64,000 nt of DNA, from contig QCVV01000001.1 of assembly GCA_003210235.1 (NCBI GenBank), forward strand, positions 507-64,506, in the 5' to 3' direction. This document shows, in pieces, positions 21,347-29,307 of this stretch (positions within the stretch are counted from its first letter, which is position 1; each line of letters starts with the position of its first letter). The notes below the pieces were generated by a model. It was not told where the DNA came from and did no database searches. It worked only from the letters and a program-made list of their open reading frames with translations. The translations under genes were made by a program, and so were the position numbers. Origin of the DNA: Prochlorococcus sp. AG-686-O05 (GTDB lineage: Bacteria > Cyanobacteriota > Cyanobacteriia > PCC-6307 > Cyanobiaceae).

Positions 21347-22097
21347 TTAATCCTTGATAGCCATCTGCCAGTAGGGATAATTTATACTTGATTTTTCTCT
21401 AATTAATTGTAATTTTCTAGAATTTATTTTTACAACTATTCCGTCAGTTGGATAGTCAGTAAATAGTTTTTTTATCTAACCATTGTTTACTAAAGATTTG
21501 GACTTGGCTTGTGTAATTACAGCTTTTAATGTCTGGGGTGTTGAAGCCAAGTTTTTTAAGATATTGAATGGTTTCGTATTGATTAAGCTTTCCATTAATA
21601 ATTTGGAAACCGCAAAAGCTGATACCTTCTGGAGACCCTGCTGCAGCTCGGACGAAGCCTGATGCAATTCTTTGGGAAAAGTTGGGAGATCTATTTGGAG
21701 TGAAAAGTTCGCCTCTAATTTGCATAATTCCTGAAACAGAAAGTTTGAGGGGTATGTCTTGAATTTCAGCAATTTTGTTTGTGACATCTATACCTTTTCT
21801 AGAAATGGACTTTTCTAAAGTGCCATCTCTGTATTGCAAAGCAATAGCAATGCCATTAATCTTAGGTTCTATTAACAATTGAGTATCCGGTAGCAATCCT
21901 TCTAAAAATTCATCAATAGAATTCTTTTTTAATGAAGGTAATGGGAGAGATCTTTTATTAGTGAAGTAATCACAATCAGGCTATATTCTTAAAAGATTTT
22001 TTTCTTACTGATCAAATTGTTTATCTGTAATTAAAGCATTGCCTATTCTGTAATTGTGGTCGTACCATTTGAGTCTCTCTTCAAGATATGTTGTCAT
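21347..22097 (-). pseudogene. Disrupted NAD-dependent DNA ligase adenylation-domain gene
   Basis: Reads MTTYLEERLKWYDHNY...ITDKQFDQ*EKNLLRI*PDC...EPKING...IRGE, then frameshifts in an A7 run before LFTDYPTDGIVVK...WQMAIKD. Two in-frame stops and one frameshift. Confidence 0.85.
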
Positions 22098-22222
22098 AAT
22101 TTATTGTCTCCTTTAATGTCAAATATTTCTTGAAAACTAGATTGATATCTAGTTATCTCAATAGATTTCATATAAAATTCTACATGTGTTTCAGAAAAGG
22201 TTTCTAAAAAATAATCACCTTT

Positions 22223-22231
22223 TGTTATAAT
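22223..22231 (+). promoter_or_regulatory. Extended -10 promoter in front of the orphan tRNA half
   Basis: TGTTATAAT ends 32 nt before the tRNA fragment. Confidence 0.6.
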
Positions 22232-22261
22232 ATTAAAGTTAAAAATTTAATATTTTTTGCC

Positions 22262-22305
22262 TGGAGAGGTGGTCGAGTGGTTTAAGGCTCTAGTCTTGAA
22301 AACTA
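22262..22305 (+). repeat. Left att site: copy of the tRNA-Ser 5' half
   Basis: TGGAGAGGTGGTCGAGTGGTTTAAGGCTCTAGTCTTGAAAACTA is identical to 25342-25385. Confidence 0.95.
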
Positions 22306-22356
22306 TTTCTTGTTTAAGCTATATCAAAGGTTCTGGCTATATATTTGAAACGTGGA

Positions 22357-22590
22357 CTAATAATGTTGACTAATTTCTTCTGGGTAATACTTTCTTAGTT
22401 TACTTATTTCTAAATATTTTGATCTTGCATAGTTATTTGAACAACTACATTTTTTATAAGGTTCATCAGTGAAGAGATATTTAGCTTTAGCGTAATCATA
22501 TTTAGCTAAATACATATCTGGAAAATTCTTGATTTGAAGAATGAGTATTACTTTCATATCTTCAAAAAATTTTATGAGTTTTAAAATCAT
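22357..22590 (-). CDS. Hypothetical protein in the element
   Basis: 77-aa ORF; alternative ATG at 22557. Confidence 0.45.
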   Translation of the reverse strand: MILKLIKFFEDMKVILILQIKNFPDMYLAKYDYAKAKYLFTDEPYKKCSCSNNYARSKYLEISKLRKYYPEEISQHY

Positions 22591-22606
22591 GTATGTTTTT
22601 TTATAG

Positions 22607-22641
22607 AAAAAGAGACTTATAAATTTAAGTCCCTTTTTTTT
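22607..22641. terminator. Bidirectional intrinsic terminator
   Basis: AAAAAGAGACTTA-TAAATT-TAAGTCCCTTTTTTTT, just after the 22654 stop codon. Confidence 0.75.
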
Positions 22642-22653
22642 AGACGTAATAAG

Positions 22654-22764
22654 TTAAAGACGTTTCATACGACCATTTTCGGTAGAGCCAAAATTATTAA
22701 TTGCAACAAATGCAACCACTAATCCGAGGAAGACTTTACCGGCAAGCTTAATGTTATTTTCCAT
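22654..22764 (-). CDS. Small membrane peptide (36 aa)
   Basis: MENNIKLAGKVFLGLVVAFVAINNFGSTENGRMKRL; follows the 22780 ORF and precedes a terminator. Confidence 0.55.
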   Translation of the reverse strand: MENNIKLAGKVFLGLVVAFVAINNFGSTENGRMKRL

Positions 22765-22779
22765 AGCTGCTTTCACTCT

Positions 22780-22920
22780 TTAATAATCCCATGAGGCTTT
22801 TATAACTCTTCCAGAAGGATTTCTGGAAAGAGCAGTTCTTTTTGCCTGTTCAAGACTCCCTGCTTCGACAGTTGTTGTGTGAATTCGGCCTGCAATGTTC
22901 AGACTTACTTTGTATCTCAT
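22780..22920 (-). CDS. 46-aa phage-like small protein (paralog B)
   Basis: MRYKVSLNIAGRIHTTTVEAGSLEQAKRTALSRNPSGRVIKASWDY; strong AGGAG RBS. Confidence 0.75.
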   Translation of the reverse strand: MRYKVSLNIAGRIHTTTVEAGSLEQAKRTALSRNPSGRVIKASWDY

Positions 22921-23088
22921 AATAAAACTCCTTTAAAAATAAAAATTTGGATGAGGCCTACTATTTATTCGTTGGCCATTAAGGTCTTCGATGGTAGTTT
23001 CCGTAAGAGGGACTACCAACGGAGTATCGTGTCAACATCATCACGCCAAGAGAGATGTATAAAAATCTTTTAAGATGTTTATTCATAG

Positions 23089-23229
23089 TTAAGAAACTAC
23101 TTCGTACGAAAGAACAACAGCTCCTGGACAACGCGATAGCACTATGCCCTTAGCATCAGAAATTCGCTTACAATGAACAGTTTCGTAAAAAGTTCCATTC
23201 CCCATAGTTAGGTGAAATCTCACGGACAT
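23089..23229 (-). CDS. 46-aa small protein (paralog A)
   Basis: MSVRFHLTMGNGTFYETVHCKRISDAKGIVLSRCPGAVVLSYEVVS; strong AGGAG RBS. Confidence 0.7.
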   Translation of the reverse strand: MSVRFHLTMGNGTFYETVHCKRISDAKGIVLSRCPGAVVLSYEVVS

Positions 23230-23566
23230 AATAAACTCCTGTTGTTAAAATTTTGGTTTACAGAAGGACTATAGCAGTCCTTTTAAAGAAAAATATTATT
23301 AAAGGTCCTTTTTATGAGAATGAAGATATTTCAGCTATAGTAGTGATAGTAACATCGATTCTTCTAATATCCTGATTATTATTAAAAACCTTCTTAGAGA
23401 ATAAGAGTGATAAATACAACCTCAAAGTCCTTTTAAATAAAAATTTATTATTATATAGTAACTATAAAGAAATCCTTAAAAATTGTTTTTTAACTATTGA
23501 AAAAAATATTTCCTGTTTTTAAATTTATCTATTGCCTTTAAACATTATTTTTTATTTAAGTTTTAA

Positions 23567-24226
23567 TTATTTTTTTGAGCGGTTTTGTACAGATACATTT
23601 TTAGGAGTAAAAATATAAACACCTTTTTTTATTTCCATTTTTTTTGCTTTTATTCCATAAATTCCACCTAAAAGAAAATTAAATTCTTCTGGTATATCGT
23701 TTTCATCAAAATTAAATTGGCCAAAGTCGCAAATAACGCACTTCCCTTCCTGAAGATAATCTATTACTTTTTCGCCTTCATTAGAATCACATAACTTCAA
23801 GACTACAATTTTAACTTCTTTTTTAGCATTTTCTTCCCTCATATACTTTCTTAATTTACTTAATTCATCAGGCTGGATTAAGGATTCATTTTGTAATTCT
23901 CTTTTAATAAATTTTTCATCTTTATTTGATTCTTCACCCAAATCTTTAGAAATTTCGATCAATGAATTTAAATCTTTTAAAATTTCATTGCTTAACTTCT
24001 CACCATTATTATGGTAAATATCTTTTATTTTGAAAATTATTTCGTCAAAACTAACAACATATTTCTCAAATTTATCTCTTTCAAGGCATAATCTTCTAAG
24101 CGTGCTTGCCTTATCAGAATTATAATAATTGGCTATTTTTTCTAAAGTTTCATACTCTGGCTTATTTAAGTGTACTTTTACCTGATATTCTCTTTTCCCA
24201 CCCGTTGGAATAACTTTTGGCATCAA
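23567..24226 (-). CDS. Putative RHH DNA-binding domain fused to a SepF-like domain
   Basis: N-terminal VKVHLNKPEYETLEKIA...KASTLRRL fits the RHH pattern. C-terminal IVVLK...VIDYLQEGKCVICDF...FNFLLGGIYGI...GVYIFTPKNVSV fits the SepF pattern. Confidence 0.7.
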   Translation of the reverse strand: MMPKVIPTGGKREYQVKVHLNKPEYETLEKIANYYNSDKASTLRRLCLERDKFEKYVVSFDEIIFKIKDIYHNNGEKLSNEILKDLNSLIEISKDLGEESNKDEKFIKRELQNESLIQPDELSKLRKYMREENAKKEVKIVVLKLCDSNEGEKVIDYLQEGKCVICDFGQFNFDENDIPEEFNFLLGGIYGIKAKKMEIKKGVYIFTPKNVSVQNRSKK

Positions 24227-24259
24227 ATTAAAATATAAGGACTCAGTCCCTCTTTAAAT

Positions 24260-24288
24260 AATTTAAACGTATTTAAACATTAGGTCAA
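24260..24288 (-). promoter_or_regulatory. Sigma70-type promoter of the RHH-SepF gene
   Basis: Minus strand TTGACC-N17-TAAATT. Confidence 0.55.
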
Positions 24289-24343
24289 TACAACACTTCT
24301 ATATTATTTCCTATCCTTTTTTTTTTATTAACCAATAAGGGGA

Positions 24344-24371
24344 TTGACTTTTTTTAAAAGGACTATATCTT
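24344..24371 (+). promoter_or_regulatory. Sigma70-type promoter of the 24469/24711 genes
   Basis: TTGACT-N16-TATCTT with a repeat copy inside the spacer. Confidence 0.5.
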
Positions 24372-24468
24372 ATACTCAAATCGTTAAAAGGACTATAAAC
24401 CTTTTATTCTTTGAATGATTTTTTGAATCACCATTAGGTGATTTGTGTTTATCTAAATTTTATAAGTC

Positions 24469-24696
24469 ATGATTGAAGACCTTCCACCAAGAAAAATCTC
24501 ACAAATTGAGAGCGTTAGATTGACGTTGTCTATTCATCATTCAAAAAATGACCTAAAAAAAAGATGGGGAGAACTTTCTCCTGAAATACGTAAATCAATT
24601 AGAGAAGAATGGGGAAATTATTTAAATGATTCCTATCCATTTGAGACAGGAAGTGAAGGGCATTTCATATTTGCAGATTTCTACAACTCAATTTAA
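24469..24696 (+). CDS. Hypothetical protein in the element
   Basis: 75-aa ORF downstream of a predicted promoter. Confidence 0.6.
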   Translation: MIEDLPPRKISQIESVRLTLSIHHSKNDLKKRWGELSPEIRKSIREEWGNYLNDSYPFETGSEGHFIFADFYNSI

Positions 24697-24710
24697 AACA
24701 CCTATATTTA

Positions 24711-25127
24711 ATGAATAGATTTTTTCAATTTAATGATCTCTATGACAAGGCAGAACAATTCTATGAGAGAAAGTTATATTTAATTTCTTTAGAATATCTA
24801 AATAGGGCATTATCATTTGAGTTACCTATTTCTATTACTCGTTTAAGCAAAGCTTTTGCATTAAGAGGACTAGTAAGAATGCAGTTAAATCAATACCTAG
24901 CTAGCATAATTGATTTTAATAAAGCAATTAATCTAAATCCCAGGGATGCGTCACTTTATTATTATCGACATTTATCTCACTCAGTTTTATCTCAATATGA
25001 TGAAGCAATTGAAGATTGTAAGAAGTTAGTTTTCTTAGAACCCGAGGATGAAAGTCACAAAGAAAGTTTAAAGTCTTTGGAAGAAATATTAAAGTTAAAT
25101 AAAAGATTTAATGAATTAAACGAATAA
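24711..25127 (+). CDS. TPR-repeat protein
   Basis: AFALRG..., AS(I)IDFNKAINLNP and AIEDCKK...LEP TPR patterns. Confidence 0.85.
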   Translation: MNRFFQFNDLYDKAEQFYERKLYLISLEYLNRALSFELPISITRLSKAFALRGLVRMQLNQYLASIIDFNKAINLNPRDASLYYYRHLSHSVLSQYDEAIEDCKKLVFLEPEDESHKESLKSLEEILKLNKRFNELNE

Positions 25128-25342
25128 GTTTAATTAAACCTTTTTATATAAAATAAGTGTCTTTTTTTGTGGACTAAATATGAAGAATAATGGACTATTA
25201 TGACGATTTAACCCATTATTATTAACTTAAACTCTTTTGTAAATTTTAGTTTAATATAGTTTTTCTAACTATCTGAATTATTAGACTATGACTAATTTCT
25301 TATGTTATGATTTTGAGGTTCATTAAAACTGAATAACCCGTT

Positions 25343-25432
<90 letters not shown>

Positions 25433-25510
25433 TATTAATAGACAAGAAAATTTAACTTGTGTTTTTGGGAAACCAAAAGCACTTTTTTATTGGAAACATA
25501 GGATTTTTGA

Positions 25511-26233
25511 TTAGTCATATGTTTTTGAAGAGTCTTCGAGTAATCTATTTAATTCTAAGAGTTCTTCTTTAGTAAATTCGCGATATTTCCCTGTAGATAC
25601 GTCTAAATTAATATTCATGATTCTTACACGCTTTAATGATCTTACTCTGTAGCCTAAGGACTCACACATTCTCCTAATCTGACGGTTAAGTCCTTGAGTG
25701 AGTATGATTTTAAATTTTTTTGGCCCCAATTGTTTTACGAAACAATTCTTAGTTATGGTATCTAATATCTTGACTCCATTACTCATACTTTGAATAAAAT
25801 CCCTATTGATCGGACGATTAACACTTACGAGGTATTCTTTTTCATGATTATTTCTTGCTCTGAGTATTTTATTTACGATATCTCCATCGTTAGTTAAAAA
25901 AATCAGTCCTTCACTGGGCTTATCCAATCTTCCAATAGGGAAGATTCTTGTAGGATATTTAATAAAATCTATAATATTGTCGGGTTCTACTGTTCTATCT
26001 GTTGTGCAAATAATTCCAACAGGTTTATTAAAGGCTAAATATATATTCTTTTGTTTTGTTGTTTTTTCTATTCTTTGACCTTCAACGTCTACTTGATCAC
26101 TTTCCTCTACTTTGGTACCAATTTTAGGAATTTTACCATTAATGGTTACTTTTCCTTCTTCAATTAGTCTATCTGCTACTCTTCTAGAGCAGTAACCGAC
26201 TTCACTTAAATATTTATTTATTCTGGTAGCCAT
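25511..26233 (-). CDS. rluF: 23S rRNA pseudouridine synthase (RluF/RsuA family)
   Basis: S4 domain (CSRR), GRLDKPSEGL and QGLNRQIRRM motifs. Confidence 0.85.
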   Translation of the reverse strand: MATRINKYLSEVGYCSRRVADRLIEEGKVTINGKIPKIGTKVEESDQVDVEGQRIEKTTKQKNIYLAFNKPVGIICTTDRTVEPDNIIDFIKYPTRIFPIGRLDKPSEGLIFLTNDGDIVNKILRARNNHEKEYLVSVNRPINRDFIQSMSNGVKILDTITKNCFVKQLGPKKFKIILTQGLNRQIRRMCESLGYRVRSLKRVRIMNINLDVSTGKYREFTKEELLELNRLLEDSSKTYD

Positions 26234-26549
26234 TTTGTCAAAGTTACCTTTTGATTATTTGAAATTTAGTTATTTTCTCGAAAAAAATAATGACTTCATT
26301 TTAACCAATTGATTTAGTAAGCATAGTTAAATTACAACTTTGAAGGGATCCTGTTGTAACTGTTTTGACTGTTGCTATTGATCTACTAATAACTATTTAA
26401 ATTCTTGTTTTCTTTCGAGTCTATGGATTACTGATCAAGTTCCTGATTTCTATTTAGATAATAGAACTATTTATTGTTTGATCTTAAGGTTTTATTGATT
26501 AACTCTTAGCGCCCTTGCATCATTCATCTGAATATTAATAAATCATTTT

Positions 26550-26840
26550 TCATAAAAGATGTCTACACATATACCAAAAATGTTCTATGTCGATAGTGGT
26601 CGTTTTGAACTTATCAGTTTCTATATTTCTTGACGATGACCTTTGCATTACAACTTTTATTGATGGATGTTTCATTGAATATACAGGTTTGAATCCTGCT
26701 TTTTTTGCTTCGCTATGAAGATCTCTCTTTTGAAAGGAATCCATTCCACAGAAAAGTATAGAGGGTTTATTATCTAATCCTTCTTCTGATTTCAACATTC
26801 TGTATTTTAAAACTTTTGCAATCTTTTCTAATTCCCACAT
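26550..26840 (-). CDS. Hypothetical protein
   Basis: 96-aa ORF with ATG start. Confidence 0.7.
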   Translation of the reverse strand: MWELEKIAKVLKYRMLKSEEGLDNKPSILFCGMDSFQKRDLHSEAKKAGFKPVYSMKHPSIKVVMQRSSSRNIETDKFKTTTIDIEHFWYMCRHLL

Positions 26841-26869
26841 TATTATTTACTCAAAAAAATAATCAATTA

Positions 26870-27073
26870 TTACTTATAGTATTTAATGACACTAAATACG
26901 CCAACAAAAAGGATAACAATTGCAACACCGTAAAAGACGAAAGGAATAATCGGATATTTATATAAAGTATTTCTAACTTTCTGCTTGACCTTATCTTTAT
27001 TAAATTCGGGTAAAACAAATTCTTTTTCTCTAGGGGGCAAACCCAAATCTTTCCTTCTTTTAGCTTCTCCCAT
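26870..27073 (-). CDS. DUF2839-like small membrane protein
   Basis: MGEAKRRK N-terminus and a C-terminal TM helix. Confidence 0.8.
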   Translation of the reverse strand: MGEAKRRKDLGLPPREKEFVLPEFNKDKVKQKVRNTLYKYPIIPFVFYGVAIVILFVGVFSVIKYYK

Positions 27074-27177
27074 ATTAAAAGCAAGTTTATTGGAATACTA
27101 AATCAAATAGATATTATATTGTTTTAAATACACTCTTTATTTTTGTTTTTGTTAAAATTGTTTTTTTGGTATTAACT

Positions 27178-27378
27178 ATGGGAAAAGGATTTTCAACAAA
27201 AACTTCAAGTACCAATAAAACAAAAAAAATCATTTCTTCAAAAGAACCCAAAGGTAGACTTATACCATGGTCTCCTTGGCCACCAGCAAATTTTCAAACT
27301 CGCTATCCTGCTTTCCCCCTGGTTCTTACATTATTAATAGTCTTAGTTGGGCAATGGTATATTTCTCTTTTGAGATAA
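27178..27378 (+). CDS. Small membrane protein
   Basis: MGKGF... start, Pro/Trp-rich segment and C-terminal TM helix. Confidence 0.6.
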   Translation: MGKGFSTKTSSTNKTKKIISSKEPKGRLIPWSPWPPANFQTRYPAFPLVLTLLIVLVGQWYISLLR

Positions 27379-27434
27379 TTTAAACCCTCATATTAAATTT
27401 AAATTTAAAATAAGTTGAGGATATTTAAATAAAT

Positions 27435-28031
27435 TTGTTTTTCTTTCTTTTGTTTTCTGCACATTTGCAAGCAGTAATTGTTCCAATATTTCTTGGAATT
27501 AAATCAATTAATAAATTTAAAAATATAAAAAACCATGTTCTTATTCCTTTTGGTTTTATTTTTTTAGGTTTGGCCTCAATGTTTGAGATGATTGATCACA
27601 CAAAAACAGATTGGATTTATATAGATCATTCTTCTCTCTTTAATTGGTTTTTTTATACTTTTCTTGCATTAGGCTTAACAAGTTTAACCATATCAGTTAT
27701 TAAAAATAAATTTGCTATTAGAATAAATATCTTCCTCTGTTTCTGCTCAATAGTTTCCTATTTATTAATTGATAAAACCATCGCTCTTTCATTACAAGTA
27801 ATTATTAGTATATTCTTGATCATAAATTGGCAACGAATGTTTAAAGATTGGATCTTCATTGCTTACCCAATCTTTGGCATTATTTTTACAACTTTCTTTG
27901 GAACAAATCTATCAATAACTGGGAACCAAATTTGGCATGTATTTATTGGCCCATCAGGGACTATTAGTGTAATTACTTTTTATTTAGTATTAAGGAGATC
28001 AAAATATAAATTATCTGAGATTTTGAAATGA
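27435..28031 (+). CDS. Hypothetical polytopic membrane protein
   Basis: Multiple TM segments; EMIDH and WH motifs. Confidence 0.75.
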   Translation: MFFFLLFSAHLQAVIVPIFLGIKSINKFKNIKNHVLIPFGFIFLGLASMFEMIDHTKTDWIYIDHSSLFNWFFYTFLALGLTSLTISVIKNKFAIRINIFLCFCSIVSYLLIDKTIALSLQVIISIFLIINWQRMFKDWIFIAYPIFGIIFTTFFGTNLSITGNQIWHVFIGPSGTISVITFYLVLRRSKYKLSEILK

Positions 28032-28357
28032 GCAGATTTATTATTATATCTTTTTTAATTTTGTTAACTTTCATCGTTTTACCAAATCAAACGCTAGCTG
28101 AAACACCCCTTGATGTTTATATGAATGATTTTTACTCTAAATCTAACGAAGCCAGTAAGATTCTCAAAGAAATAGAAATTACTCTCAAAGAGGGTTCTAG
28201 AAAAAATGTATGTTCAAGACAGAGAGAAGCTGCAAGGTTAGGATTATTAGCTAATAAATCGTTAATTAAAGCATTTGAAGTGGGAGGAACAGAACCACCG
28301 ATGGAAGCTATAAAATCTAGTCAAAAAAGATGGGAATCTATTTTCAATGAATGTTAA
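28028..28357 (+). CDS. Hypothetical exported protein
   Basis: Signal peptide ending TLA-E and two Cys residues. Confidence 0.7.
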   Translation: MSRFIIISFLILLTFIVLPNQTLAETPLDVYMNDFYSKSNEASKILKEIEITLKEGSRKNVCSRQREAARLGLLANKSLIKAFEVGGTEPPMEAIKSSQKRWESIFNEC

Positions 28358-28390
28358 AAAACGCAAGTCAACAAAAACTTATGAAGTTCT

Positions 28391-28825
28391 TTAAATTTGC
28401 ATTCTTACAGATTTGCTAATAAACGGTATTTCAGGTTCAACGCCATTAATACACTGGAAGATAGAGAAAATGAAAATAGATAGTGTAAATATAAATACTA
28501 TTGAACCAAATTCAACTAAAGGGAAAATACGTAATAGATAAGTAATTATGATCAAGGAAATATCAAGGAGTAATGCTTGGCAAGCGTTATATCTTATGAA
28601 ATAAGGGACATTAGGATTTCTTACAACTCCTGCAAACAATATTATAAAAAATACTAAACCCCCAAAAGGTAAGGATCTTTCAATTATCGCAACAGGGAAT
28701 GTGAGCAATAAAATTACTTTTAAAAAAGAAAATTTATAGAATAAATAATATCCAAAAGGCAAGGAAGCCTTCAAAGGCAAAGTATAAAAAATAACTGAAG
28801 TTGCGCGTTGAATTATTTGATTCAA
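28391..28825 (-). CDS. Tic20 family membrane protein
   Basis: VVRNPNVPYFIRYNACQALLLDI and EIPFISKSVRMQI motifs. Confidence 0.85.
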   Translation of the reverse strand: MNQIIQRATSVIFYTLPLKASLPFGYYLFYKFSFLKVILLLTFPVAIIERSLPFGGLVFFIILFAGVVRNPNVPYFIRYNACQALLLDISLIIITYLLRIFPLVEFGSIVFIFTLSIFIFSIFQCINGVEPEIPFISKSVRMQI

Positions 28826-28915
28826 TTAAAAAACACCCTTTAATATTTAATTTAACGTATTTTCATAAAAACTAACTTTACCAAATATCATTGTCTATAA
28901 ATAATTAAACTTTTA

Positions 28916-29305
28916 ATGAGAATCTTACACACCATGTTGAGAGTTGGTGATTTAGATAAGTCTATTGATTTTTATGTAAATAGATTAGGGATGAATCTTA
29001 TAAGACGGAAAGATTATCCTCATGGAGAATTTACTTTAGCTTTTGTTGGCTATGGTTCTGAGAAAGATAATGCAGTAATTGAGTTAACTCATAATTGGAG
29101 CAAAAAATCAGAAGACTATGAGCTTGGAAATAAGTATGGGCATATCGCTATTGGAGTAATAGATATATATGACATTTGCCAGGGGTTAGTAGCTAACGGC
29201 TGTAATGTTACGACTAAACCAAAAACGATGAAAAACAGCACAACTGTTCTAGCATTTGTTGAAGATCCTGATGGATATAAGATTGAACTTATTGAAAGAG
29301 ATTAG
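28916..29305 (+). CDS. gloA: Lactoylglutathione lyase (glyoxalase I)
   Basis: LHTMLRVGDL, IELTHNW, GHIA and DPDGYKIELI motifs. Confidence 0.95.
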   Translation: MRILHTMLRVGDLDKSIDFYVNRLGMNLIRRKDYPHGEFTLAFVGYGSEKDNAVIELTHNWSKKSEDYELGNKYGHIAIGVIDIYDICQGLVANGCNVTTKPKTMKNSTTVLAFVEDPDGYKIELIERD

Positions 29306-29307
29306 TT

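Larger units (their letters stand above)
23264..24397. repeat. Dispersed TTAAAAGGACT(ATA) operator-like repeats
   Basis: Exact 11-mer at 24354 (+), 24384 (+), 23276-23286 (-) and 23426-23436 (-). Inverted pairs AAGGACT-N5-AGTCCTT (23264) and GGACT-C-AGTCC (24239). Confidence 0.8.

Noticed and set aside
21476-21787. 103-aa alternative-frame ORF
   Set aside because: It lies inside the ligase pseudogene in another frame and has no recognisable motifs.
22135-22154. Inverted repeat AACTAGAT-TGAT-ATCTAGTT upstream of the ligase pseudogene
   Set aside because: It is a single 8-bp AT-rich palindrome with no supporting copies, so a function cannot be assigned.
22950-23060. Hammerhead ribozyme or retron msr-msd
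   Set aside because: No CUGANGA...GAAA core was found, and there is no reverse transcriptase in the window.
22879-23073. 64-aa + strand GTG ORF in the element
   Set aside because: It has no RBS, overlaps paralog B antisense and spans the structured spacer. The minus-strand ORFs have much better signals.
23264-24397. CRISPR array
   Set aside because: The repeats are only 11-14 bp, irregularly spaced and in both orientations, and there are no cas genes.
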